Source of the DNA: Sphagnum compactum
Taxonomy: Eukaryota
Reading direction: 5' to 3'
DNA length: 64,000 bases
Assembly: GCA_965153455.1 (NCBI GenBank)
Contig: OZ234494.1
Coordinates: 2,852,001 to 2,916,000, forward strand
Shown one piece after another: positions 51,501 to 62,950 of this stretch. The translations under genes and the position numbers were made by a program. Each line of letters opens with the position of its first letter. Position 1 is the first letter of the stretch. Under the pieces are notes generated by a model. It worked only from the letters and a program-made list of their open reading frames with translations. It made no database searches and was not told where the DNA came from.

Positions 51501-54379
51501 CAAGCCCAGGACCGCTTCAGCCAGGAGCTGGAGCTTGCCATAGCTGGCTGGAAACGTGCAATGAATGCAGAAGTGGCCAAAGCTAAAGAAGTTTGTGAGG
51601 GGCTTGAAGAAGAAAAGAGGAGGGTGTCTACTGCACTTGAACAAGCTTCCCTTGCATCATCCCTTGATCATACAATGATCAGACACCAAGTACAAAGAGA
51701 CATGGATTGCTACACCTCCAAGGTCAACTGCCGAGAACCAAAAGTAAAAAGCTTCCTGAAAGTGCACCACTTCCAACCACAAAATTGGGATGTGAAAATA
51801 GTGGGGTTTGCCTGTTGGGTTCAACTCTACAACCCTCCAAACAGATCCACTTCAACAACCCATTACAAAGCACCCACCTGAAATTCAAGTCCCTCCTCTA
51901 TTTCTTATATTTTGATGACAAATTCTTTGGGTGCAGACTGAGGCAGCTCTGAGCAATCTGTCACAAACTGTGAACCAAATCCAGGCATTCCATGACCAAT
52001 ACAATGAAGAGAAAAACCAGCATGCAATGCTGAAGCTGCAAGAGACACAAGAACAGGACAGGAACTGGAGAGCAGAGCTCCATGAACTCAATGAGGTAAA
52101 TATTATGTATTAAGTTGTACCATGGAGAAAAAATGATGCAGGCAGAAATTGGTCAGACATTCTGGCTCAAGATTCATGTTGAAAGGACACAATAACATTG
52201 TAGACATTGCTGGAATGGGATGAGGGAAAAAAAAAGGGCACTGACATGAACCAAAAAAAACCTCTTTCCAGATGGTGCTCATGTTAGAAAGAAGAGTCAA
52301 TGACTCAGAAGCTGAGCAATCAAACATTGAAGAGAAGATCAAGAACTTGGAAGGCATGCAAATCAACCTGGTTCATTCGTTCAAGGAGGTGCAGACCAGC
52401 ACCAGTGACCTTGAAAAGACTGCTGCTGTTCGTATTCCCAAATATGAAGCAGTGTCTAGTAGAGTGAATGAGCTTTCCTCCAAAGTGGAACAGATGGACA
52501 AAAGGTTTCAAGGAATCGGTTATGGTGAAACACTTATCCAACAAGTTGCAAGGGTTGCTGAGTCCAAGGTGTGCAGCAGTTCAAGCTTGAAGGAAATCAG
52601 TTCAAAAATTAAAGACCTCTGTGAGCGAGTCAATGATGTAGATCGCACCCATTGTGAGGTATAATCTTCACAACTTCACAACTTCAAATCTCCAAATACA
52701 GGCACTACAATGTTGCAAGTAAAGTACATGAGAACATGCATACTCTTTACTGAGAGTAAGCATGGCACTTGTAGGATCAAAACAGAGACTTAGAAACCAG
52801 ATGAAAAGCTAGCACCTTCACAGGTTTCACATCATGCCAGTGCACTTGCATCAAATTGATGTGAGCAAATCCCTGACAATGGCAGGCAGTTGAACTATTG
52901 GAGAATCGAGTGAATCAGCTGGAGAGCTCAGTTGGACATCCAGATGGGCTTTCACTAGAATTGGATTCCATGAAGAAATCTGATGGAGAACAGATAGCCA
53001 TTGATCAGAGCCAACAGTCAATGGGGAGCTTGAGACAAAGCATAGAAGCTTTGCAAAGGTGTTCAATGCCCTACATATCTAGCAAGATCCCTTTCCTGAA
53101 ACTCTCACAGTCATGAATACTGTTTGCTAGCCGAGGTTCTTTCACTCAGAAGAGTACCAAGATTTGCATCTGACACAAAGGACAAAGTGCTGACATCAAA
53201 TTTTCCAATAAAAAATTCATATCTTGCTTTGATTCCAGGAAGGTGGACATGATAACAGCCGACTGCAATGATCCACTAGGCAGAGATCAGGTAGTAAACT
53301 CCAGACTTGTTGGTCTCGAGAACCGTGTGGAGCATGTTGCATCTGCTACCTTCACTAATCTGCGGTGAGAATTTCCCACTTCTGCCAGAGTCAGGAGTCA
53401 ACCAACCTCAGATGTGTTCACATTGTACAGTATTTGAAGTATGACAAGAGTTTGACCTTAAAACAAGTGCTACATCTCCAGCCTATTCCATCTTCAGGTG
53501 CTGAGAAATAAATCTAGATAATGTCTGTGGGATCTGTACAGTTTACTGGATGGCAAAGTTGAGCACATAACTGTAGGAGTGCAATCAGCGCTTGAGGGAG
53601 CAGCAATGGCTGAGAGTAAGTGTGGTGCTCTTGGAGCTGAGCTTGTAAAAGTTTTCCGGATGCTGACATCCTGCAACCAATACAGTCCACTCCAGCAAAC
53701 CCATGACCAGCATTCTCTGCCAACAAAGTGTGGAAGGCGTGGACAAAGCCATTCACCCCCAGTGAGAGCCGGTGAGCACCACCGCTTGGATTCTCATAGC
53801 CAATCCCCTATATCAAGGAATGGTGGTTGCCCAACTTCTCCACCAAAAGCAAACAATCAAAGCCAAATTTCAATGATCCAGCCAAGACCTGGAAACATCT
53901 CCCCTAACCAAGCAGACCGGGCAATTAACAGGAAAGGACTAAGAGGGCCAGGAAGGGAGACAGTCTTTGTAAAAGGAACTCAATCATCTCAAGTGCGAAA
54001 GGTCACTCTGCAACGAGAGAAAGAAAAAGGAGAGGGACAATACTCATGTGCATCTGAAGAGGGAGGAAGCCCCACAAAAGAGAGGTGGTGTCACCTTCGA
54101 AATCCCTCAAGAGAGATTGACAGGGAGAAATCTGGGAAGGATTGTAAGTCTCAAGGTCAGGTCCTTAGCATAGTTGACAAGGGTAGGCCAGTGGGAGGAG
54201 GAGAGCCTGGCCTAGATGGGCACCTCAAGATTGAAAAGCGTCAAGAAGGCTCTGCCAAAAACTGTCAAAGAACTAACATCCGCCTTGAGGCTGGCCGGAT
54301 ACACGTGAATGTAAGTCATCGCTCTGCTGTTGCAAACCAGTCAGAGAAGAGGGGAGACTTGATTGCTGTTCAAACCTAG
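45512..54379 (+). CDS. Large uncharacterised protein: N-terminal AMSH/USP8-dimer (MIT-like) domain, His11 run, long disordered region, long coiled coil
   Basis: Phase-consistent exons: 45512-46181, 46379-48579, 48732-49010, 49157-49423, 49534-49665, 49802-50098, 50214-50486, 50607-50786, 51006-51335, 51435-51722, 51937-52095, 52272-52658, 52886-53058, 53239-53364, 53542-54379. The N-terminus ILPLNFYCRNARLCLRKAS...LIAFTTLVSSTIPLHPLY follows the AMSH N-terminal pattern. Exons from 48.7-53.6 kb are heptad-rich and E/K/L/A-rich. Confidence 0.8.
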
Positions 54380-55644
54380 GTGTTCCAGATGCACTTATGC
54401 AACAGCATCACAGAAAACCTGTGTGTACAAGGACAATCTGCATAACGCCAACACATACAGGGGCATGTCATGCAAGAACTTAATTGCAGTAACACCCACA
54501 TAAGAAGGTACACATTCACATCTCAACCTAACTTCCAGAATCCTTCTATTTTCAGAGAGATTTAACTCAATCTCTCACAAGAAGCCTGAGGAAAGCATAA
54601 AAAGAATCTCAAGCTTACAGAAGAAGAAGCCACATGAGGGAGAAAGGCAGATAAAGAGATTTGACCTGAGCTCTCAAATATTACTCTCACAGATGTGAGT
54701 TGAATCTGTGCAGCAGCAGAACTTCAGCACCTACAGCGAGTTAAGTGCATCTTTCCATAGAGACCGACCCAACAAGACATTTCTGTTGCTTTCTCTGGTA
54801 CAAATCCTTCAACCTTCCCTGACTTTCCATGAATTCAGGTTCCTGAGAGCCACTCAAAAGTGACAGTAATGGATGATGGAACATATGTCACACTATGCTA
54901 ACAGCAGAACGCTGATCTATGCAGGAACAGAGATGAAGCCTGGTTCAGCTCATGAGACTTTACAGATCCAAAACCATGAAGTAGTTGGAAAAACATGAGT
55001 GAAATCACCAACCATGGAACACTGCAACAAGACAACATGCTGCAGAAAAGCTATCTATCTGGTCAAGATGCAGGTGGTGGACTTTATGAAGTCACAAATA
55101 GTTTTGGGTAGCTCCATTTGGCTGCAATTCTTTGAAGAATCAGCTTGTATCAATAGTCCACACACATGACAAAAACAGTAGACTATGACAAAATTGCCGC
55201 ACTACTGTAGTAAATGTGAGAATGTGTCATTAGCACTATATTCTGGTGATATATACGGAGAACATCCTGTTTGTACAATAGTATTACTTTTAGCAGAGGT
55301 TTACCACACAATCAATCAATTCCAGCAGACATACAGCTGAAATAAATTGAACAAGTTTTGCATACTGTGCGTGACAAGACAAGAATATGAGCAATCATGA
55401 ACTCTCTCATATATTGAAAACCGTAACTTGCACTGATCACAATGGGAGCATTTCAAGGACATATTATGATAGTGGTTTTTGTCTCATAACCTCTTCATTC
55501 TACAAGCTGGTATTTCTAGACACTTTGAAGAAGCATGGAGCCTCGTCCACCCACATTGGGAATTACACAGAGAATAGTAGAGCACCGATTCTGGAAACCA
55601 AAAAAATTGATAAAGGGAAATCTGGAAGAACTTCACCATGGGGG

Positions 55645-56991
55645 CTACTCTTTGAAGTCATCCTTGTCATCAGCTGGAATGGGTCTGTTTCTCCAGAAGA
55701 CGGCCAAAGCACTGCCTCCAAGTGCCATGAAGACCACACTCACAGCTGAGGGGACAGCAACAAGAGGGTTGCTGAAATGCTTTTGAGCTAGAAGGAATCC
55801 GAGTGCTGAGCTCTGCATGCCACATTCAATCGAGATTGTCCGGGATGTCGATTCACCAAACCTAAAAAACTTGGAAAGGAAGTAACCAAGGAGGAAAGCG
55901 GCAGCATGCAGGATTGCTACAGGCACAATGAGCTGTGCTCCCTGTGCAACAAGTACCTCTGAAACTTGTCCAATTGGACTTGCACATAACAATGTTGTCA
56001 TGATCACTCCAACCAGCGGCGTGACAGTGATGATCTTTTCAACAATGCTGGGGAAGAGCTCATGTGCAAGCACTCCTACAATTGTGGGCATGAGAACCAC
56101 CTGAAATGTGCTGATGGCAAGCCCTACTGCATCTACTGGTACAAGCTGACCTGCGAGAAGCTTAGTGAGCAGTGGAGTCATGAAGATGGCACCGATGGTG
56201 GAAGCTGTTGTCATGAGAACCGAGAGAGCTACATTCCCTTTGGAGATGTAAGTGGCGACATTGGATGCTTGACCACCAGGACAACAGGAGACGAGTATGA
56301 GCCCCGTTGCTAAAGGCGCGGAGAGCTTCATAGAAAGCGCAATCAGAAACCCTAGCAGTGGTTTTATGAGATATTGTGCAAGGAATCCGACTCCCACAGT
56401 CCACGGATTCCTCATACATCTTCGAAAATCCTCGAAAGTGAGAGTAAGTCCCATGGAAAGCATCAAAAAGCCCAAGAATAACGTGAACAAATCCGTCTGC
56501 AACCATGTCACTGCCGAAGGCTTATAGATTCCGATCACCGTCCCCAATATAACCCACACAGGAAACATAGTGGTGAGCACATCTACCACTTTCTCAAACG
56601 TGCTCAACGTCTTCTTCGTCGTCTCCGGAACTTCACTGGAATCTCCCACTGTTGCGCTTATCTCCGCCCTGCACACCACGATATCCTCCGCCTTTCTTGC
56701 CATCCTTCCACCAGTTCCTATGTTCAATCTTCTTCCTGCTTTCTCCACAACCACCTTCCTATCACCACCTCTTCTTCCATCAGGAGAAAAAGAAGCAGCA
56801 GCAGCAGCTCTTCCGCTCATAATAGGGAGGAGTGGCTGAAATTTCAACGAACCAAAGCCCGTCGACCTGTTCGCTTGCTGCTGCAGTTGCTGTTGCGAGC
56901 GACTGCTAGCTGAGAATCGAGAAAATCGGATTCCATAACTGCTTCCCAAGCTGCATCCAGCTACTGCTCGAGCTGCAGCAATGCTTGCCAT
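55645..56991 (-). CDS. BASS2: Plastid sodium/pyruvate cotransporter BASS2 (bile acid:sodium symporter family), single exon, 448 aa
   Basis: Transit-peptide-like N-terminus [10 protein letters not shown]. Core motifs [53 protein letters not shown], and C-terminus [17 protein letters not shown] characteristic of BASS2. Confidence 0.95.
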   Translation of the reverse strand: MASIAAARAVAGCSLGSSYGIRFSRFSASSRSQQQLQQQANRSTGFGSLKFQPLLPIMSGRAAAAASFSPDGRRGGDRKVVVEKAGRRLNIGTGGRMARKAEDIVVCRAEISATVGDSSEVPETTKKTLSTFEKVVDVLTTMFPVWVILGTVIGIYKPSAVTWLQTDLFTLFLGFLMLSMGLTLTFEDFRRCMRNPWTVGVGFLAQYLIKPLLGFLIALSMKLSAPLATGLILVSCCPGGQASNVATYISKGNVALSVLMTTASTIGAIFMTPLLTKLLAGQLVPVDAVGLAISTFQVVLMPTIVGVLAHELFPSIVEKIITVTPLVGVIMTTLLCASPIGQVSEVLVAQGAQLIVPVAILHAAAFLLGYFLSKFFRFGESTSRTISIECGMQSSALGFLLAQKHFSNPLVAVPSAVSVVFMALGGSALAVFWRNRPIPADDKDDFKE

Positions 56992-57205
56992 GATGGAACA
57001 AAGGTAGAGTAGCAGCAACCAAGCGAACAGGAAATCGCAACAATCTCTCCTCTCTGTAAGTTTAGCGATGGCGACAAGCTCCGAGAAACTGGCAACAAAA
57101 CCCTAAAACACACACAAAACCGTTGCAAGCAATTTCTGTCGAAAAAAGCGCATTCTCGAAAACACAGAGACACAGAGCGATCCTCCAAATCGTAGGGTGG
57201 AGAAA

Positions 57206-57305
57206 GCATTATAAATACATGATCCTACGTGTCCGAAAAATCGAACGGTAGAGAAAAATGCACCCACGTGAAATAATCCTACGTGGTCTGAGTAAATCGA
57301 ACGGG
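57206..57305 (-). promoter_or_regulatory. BASS2 promoter: TATA-like box plus an ABRE/G-box cluster
   Basis: TATTTATAA on the - strand at ~57209-57217; TACGTGTC 57226-57233, CACGTG 57265-57270, TACGTGG 57280-57286. Confidence 0.55.
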
Positions 57306-57737
57306 CAGGGGGAAAACAATATTGCACCTCGTAAAAATGTTTTTTTTTTTTTTTTTTTTTGGCTCAGTGGCCAACAACAGCGCCCACAAAATAGCTCCCC
57401 CCGCCCCCAAGTTCCAACATTGCAAAAAATTTGCAAAATAATCGCCATAATTCGATTTATTTATTTTATAAAACAAATTCCCAAAATGGCAAGATTTTTT
57501 TTATGCATGTTTTCACGTAGGTAGCAAATGTATTTAGCCTAAGGATGTTTGAATTTTCTCCTTTCATTTTTTTTCTAAATAGCCAAATTTGGCTAAATCA
57601 ACTTGTGGTTAATTGCAACCTCATCTACATCACAAAATTGGAAAAACAACTGCGGTTAGCATATGTACTACATAGTTATTTATTTATTTATTTGGGCTTC
57701 ACACAAATACATTTAAAATGCTGGTTTAATATTTGTA

Positions 57738-57778
<41 letters not shown>

Positions 57779-58308
57779 AATGTTGATTTCCTCTGGTTTG
57801 TCTTTTTATAAGCAGCCATAACTCGCCATATTTCAAGGAAAAAATCTTTTGAATCACCAGATTTCTACAATGAGAAGGTAGCCAAATTTTTTAAAAAAAG
57901 AATTCTTAAATGTTTTACTTTTGTATCTTATCTATAGCCAAATTTGGCTAAACCTTCTTATTGACGATTACTAGTATGGCTACATCAAAAAAATTGGGAA
58001 AATAAAAATAAAAACTTCTTGCAAATAGAATTAATAACAACAAAGATTTAAAATCTGGAGTCTCTTTGTGTCTTGAAAGTTGAAACCTGGAACACAAAGT
58101 TTCAAACCTATTGTAATTTTTACAATTACAAAAACTATATGTAACTAACATCATAGGCCATGATATATATATATCTCATAGGTCATATAAAATTTTCACT
58201 CCAACTATGTAGAATACTTGCATGTAGTCAGTCAGTCAGGCATGCATATAAAACAGAATGAACCTTCAATGGTTTTTTGGCTGTGCCACAAGTCAAGTGT
58301 TGCTTACA

Positions 58309-58799
58309 AAGAGCATCTCCGTCCGCAGGTGCTCAGCATGTCACTCTGGATACTAAAATTAAATGTCTAAGTTTAGCTGTTTTTTAAATTTTTGGCAACC
58401 CCACCAACAAAACTGTAACTGGAACTGCATATACACGGGGACTACAAATAGCAAACCACCTGGACCAATCATTATGATCGACCAGTCAGAAATACTGAGC
58501 CGCAGTCAGGTCCAATTTATTACACTCCTTTTTTGGAGGTGCACAACTGTGTTGCCTTTTACGAACCACGGCAAGCTGCACGAATTTGGTGCGAAAAAAC
58601 CAATTTCCTGAGCTAACCGGCACATTCTCTTTTCCACATGGCACAACTTTGCTGCGCCTTCTACCAGCCACTGCAAACTGTACATTATGCCGAGCCAAAA
58701 CCAATTTCCTGACCCAAACCGCCATATATTTGACTTTTCTTCATCCAATTGTGCTTTGCAGGATCTCATCCTCAGCACAGGACATCTGGAGATGCTCTT
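58309..58799. mobile_element. Tourist/PIF-Harbinger-like MITE (~490 bp)
   Basis: 12-bp perfect TIR aagagcatctcc (58309-58320) / ggagatgctctt (58788-58799) with imperfect extension. GAGCATCTCC termini are typical of Tourist MITEs. A TWA target duplication is seen only on the right. Confidence 0.75.
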
Positions 58800-58829
58800 A
58801 GAGCAAGTCCTTTCAAGCAAAGCCTGTGC

Positions 58830-58990
58830 AGCTGCTAGAGAAGAGTGTAATAAATGTGATCTGTCTATTGCTGCCTGTTTTTAATTGGCCAAACATCATG
58901 ATTGGTCCAGGTGGTTTGCTATTATGTTTTTGCAAGGTCAAGTAGTAAGCAAACACTGGTGGGGATCCTCTTAAGGCATCTGTTGTTGTT
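58830..58990 (-). mobile_element. Inverted partial copy of the adjacent MITE interior
   Basis: gattggtccaggtggtttgctatt and gagtgtaataaat are reverse complements of segments at ~58448-58530. Confidence 0.7.
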
Positions 58991-60571
58991 GGGAAGGTGG
59001 GTTTCATTTTGTCTTTAAATGTGGTGATTTTTTTAATGAATTTTTTCAAAAAGTTCCCTTGACCATGTTGCTTGGGAGTTTTTTAAAAAGCAAAGTGGCC
59101 ATGCCACCAAAAAAAATGTTTTGAAATGGCCAAGATTTTTGGAGGATTAGGGTAGATTTTTAGCTTTCTTCTTTTGAAATTGCCATATTTAGCTAAAAGG
59201 TTATAGTAATTAGTCAACATGTGATAGGATTCCTAGATTTTCTACTTCTCTATTTGTCTTGAAGCCAGATTTGGCTAAATTTTGCTGAAAATTCAAAAAA
59301 AATGCAAAAATTGGGTTTGGAAGGAAAAATCAGTAGAACCCTCAATGTGTTCACATTGATAAATTTTTAAAAAAATTAATTCTGAAAATCGTGCACATTT
59401 TGTTATTTGAAATTTGATATAGTTCATAATTCCAATTTGGTGATAATTAAATGCAAATTTTAGGTGTTTCAAAACAAACCTTAACAACAACGGGCTAATT
59501 TCATATGTATAAAAAAGAAAATCAAACTAAATAAAAGTTAAATATGTGTTCACACCTAGGCCCTCAATTTTTTTTGCACATTGCTGAATTTATAAATTTT
59601 TAATTTTGAAAATGTGAAAAATAAAAGAATGTGTTCACACTCGCACCATTGGCACATGCTACATTAATGCTACTACTAAGTTTGAAATATGAATGATGTA
59701 GTTCTAAATTTTAAACTAGAAGTCAAAACTTCAACTAGAAGGATATTTTGAGTGGCAAAAGATGTGGGGGTATGTGAATGGTGGAAGTTGAAAAGTAGCC
59801 AATCTTCTTGTTAATGCGTAATTAAAAATGTTTTCATCTTTTGAAAAGTGATTGAACCTTGTTGTCTATGGAGGGAGGTTAGGATTGAAAGGAGAGCCTT
59901 CCGTACCTTCATGCATTGTTGGCACAAAAATGTTAGCTTGTTTGTACACACAGATAATTTTTTTATTATCAACGGGATAAATTGATCTCATGGATGTCAA
60001 TCCTAACTCTTTCATTTGGGCTACCGCTAAAATTATGAAACATGGAGAAAAATTGCTTGACACAAAAAGTTTGTTCGAGTTGAACCAACAATGATGACCT
60101 CTATGAAGGCACAAACCCCTTCCTTAGAGAGGATGATGTCAACATGTTGTCTACATGTTAAGGTGTGGAAAAAGGAAAAATGTGCAATTATTCATATCCA
60201 AATAAGAATTTGCAAATAAAATTTTTGGCCTTTTAAAACAAGATTTCTAATGGAATATCAAGCTCTTCAATCATAATTGGTTTCACTCCTTTAAATGATG
60301 AATAAGAGGTCAAAATGTTTTGGTAGTTTGACTCTTAACCTTCCAAATGACCATAATTTTTGTTATAAATCACATTGTGGCCCCACTTTATTGTAATAAT
60401 CTTCAAAAAAAATCAAAGATTTTTAAGATATGTAATTTAGACAAGGTTTGATCCCCCAAACCTTGATCCAAATATTCAAAAAATCTTGGGATTTGTGACT
60501 TTTAAAATGGGAGTTGAACTCGGGAGTTTTAGGAGTGAATCCTTTGGACTCTTACACATTTTTATTTCACA

Positions 60572-61218
60572 CTAGTGGGTACCCGTGAGGGTCGGACACA
60601 ATCCGCCCGTGCCTGCCTTTTTTTTTTTCCTTCACTTGGATGGTCTTAAAACTCCCATATATTTTATATTATTTCCAAGAATTCAAGCAACAAAGTAACC
60701 CAATTGTATTGGGTAATTATCTTTATTCCTCCCATATATACTCAAACCATAGTTAAATGGGTTGCAAGAATTGATGGTGGGATACAAAAGAAGGTGAAAG
60801 AACCACAACCCAAACCCCCACTCTACCCTTCACCCCAAACCCATCCCCCAAAAAACTTAAAAATTTGAAGCCTAATACCCTCTTCTTCTTTTTTTCAACA
60901 AATTCTTGTGTTGTAGTGTCCACATCCACCATCATCTCTAATTTTAGAAGCCATGCAAGTCCTATTAGGAGCCGCGACTCTCTTCTTCTGTTGCTGCCGT
61001 GTTGCTGCATTTGGCTCTCAGGACCTGGCTCTCAGGACCTGGCTCTCAGGACCTCGATATTTGGCTCTCACGACTGACGGTCACAGACAGTCGTGATCGA
61101 TATTTGGCTCTCACGACTGACGGTCACAGACTGACGGTCACAGACTGACGGTCGCAGACTGACCGTCACAGACAGACAGACGCACGCACGCACGCAACAA
61201 GTGACTTTATATATAAGA
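60572..61218 (-). mobile_element. Complete non-autonomous Helitron (647 bp)
   Basis: On the - strand: A|TCTTATATATAAAG, then (GCGT)n(GTCT)n and CTGTGACCGTCAGT repeats, ending CACGGGTACCCA-CTAG|T. AT target with no TSD. Confidence 0.9.
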
Positions 61219-61448
61219 TGGGAATGTGTTTTCACTCTTTTGTATTCACTCCAAGTCTCATGAACCTTTTGTTCAACCCAATTTTCCTTATAAACATTTA
61301 GTTGAATCCTTCCTTTCATCCCAAAAAATAATAATTTATTGCCCTTATTGAAAAATGGTCATGTACCCACATTAGGGTCATGACACTGCATCACTTAAGT
61401 CCAAAATTAAACTTTCAAGAATCATCAATATGTTACAATTATATATTA

Positions 61449-62134
61449 CTAGTGGGTGCCCGTGACCTTTGGCCACTGTGAAGTCCCCCCAGATTGAGAA
61501 CATGATGAGAACAAAAGCATAAAAAATTTTCATCCTCAACTTACCCGTTGACCCCCCCCAAGAGTGAAGGCATTTCATCCATCCCCTTAATCGGGACGGA
61601 CAGTAGCTAAAAGAAAAAAAGTTTCCCCAAAATCCGTCCCGTCATCAAGCCGGACGGACATTTCATCCATCCCCTTAATTGGAACAGACAATAGCTAAAA
61701 GAAAAAAAAGGTAGTCTTGGTCAATACAAAAAAATAAAATAAAATTGATTCTGGGCTGTCCAAGGCCTAAATATTTTTTTTCTGGTCTTCCCCTAAATCC
61801 GTCTCGTCATCAAGCCGGACGGACATTTCATCCATCCCCTTAATCGGGACGGACAGTAGCTAAAAGAAAAAAAAGGTAGTCTTGGTCAATACAAAAAAAA
61901 AAGAAAGATTCTGGGCTCTCCAAGGCCTAATTTATTTTTTTTTGGTCTACCAAATCTTTTGCCTCAAAAAATCAAACTGCCCCTATTTCTTTTTTCTCTG
62001 GAGTCAGTTACATCTGGGGAAGTTACATCTGGGGAAGCTCCACAGGGAACAGGCAGTGACTGGAATCTTCGTAATGTTAAAACGTCGTAATGTCTTGTGA
62101 CACACAAACACCACTGTAGCTTTTATATATAGGA
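61449..62134 (-). mobile_element. Complete non-autonomous Helitron (686 bp) with internal tandem repeats
   Basis: On the - strand: A|TCCTATATATAAAAGC ... hairpin GTGGCCAAAGGTCAC-GGGCACCCA-CTAG|T. The unit catttcatccatccccttaatcgggacggacagtagctaaaagaaaaaaa occurs three times (~61571, 61659, 61823). Confidence 0.9.
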
Positions 62135-62779
62135 TTAGGTCACAATGATTATAACCATTAATAAAATTTAAACGCATGTAATTATTTTTGCCATTGTTTT
62201 ACGGGTTGCAAGGTTGTTGGCTTCCCAAGAATTCAACTTATTATAATTTGGCTTGTTACACTATGGCATATGCTACAACCAAGTTTGTTGTTGAATCAAT
62301 TTAAAAGGAGATTTAGGTTGTCACTAAACTTCCCTCCCATCTCTTTAAAGGGCATCAAGTTCATCTCATTCCTATTGTTGTCATTGCCCATCAACATTCT
62401 TGGGGAGTTGGGCATTAGATGTTTCATCTTTGGTGTCTTGTTTTTTGTTCAACAACATCCTTTCTTGTTGGAGTCTTTGGTTCATGTTGACTTAGGCATT
62501 GTCCCATTCCAACAACATTTGAAAATAACATATGATCTTTTCTCCTTATGGCTTGCACTTGTTTGTTTTTATTTGAATAATTTATTTTGAAACAAATCAA
62601 ACACCTTAAAAACTCCATTTTAGTATGTTTATTCTAGCACACCTAATTTGAATATTCTTTTGAAAGGGAAGTCCAATGTGCATGAAATTCACACCATTTC
62701 TTGTTTAAGTTCAGGCATGTGGTTCACAACTTGGCATGTTTTATTGATGTTCCACCTATTGTTAACAATCTTATCCATG

Positions 62780-62950
62780 CCTTACAAATTTTAGCTTTGT
62801 TTGCCCCCATCTTTTAATAACATGTTTTCTTCATTGCATTTATATTCAACCCATTGATCCATTGGGTATGCATCTATTAAAATATGCCCATGTACTAAAT
62901 GCATAAGGATGCATGATGCGATTCGTGATGTTTTTACATCCATTGCACAT
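62780..62950 (+). mobile_element. Short remnant of an RLE/CRE-like retroelement Zn-knuckle region
   Basis: QPIDPLGMHLL...AH...HDAIRDVFTSIA parallels the region at ~23780-23860. Confidence 0.5.

Noticed and set aside
53498-53541. Alternative last-exon acceptor at 53497
   Set aside because: It gives an immediate stop in the required phase; the acceptor at 53541 keeps the frame open to 54379.
61020-61200. Short repeats (ggctctcaggacct; gactgacggtcaca) as a CRISPR-like array
   Set aside because: There are no unique spacers; these are subterminal tandem repeats of a non-autonomous Helitron in a eukaryotic context.
61571-61930. Three ~50-bp direct repeats with intervening sequence as a CRISPR-like array
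   Set aside because: The intervening segments are themselves duplicated, and the block lies within a Helitron.
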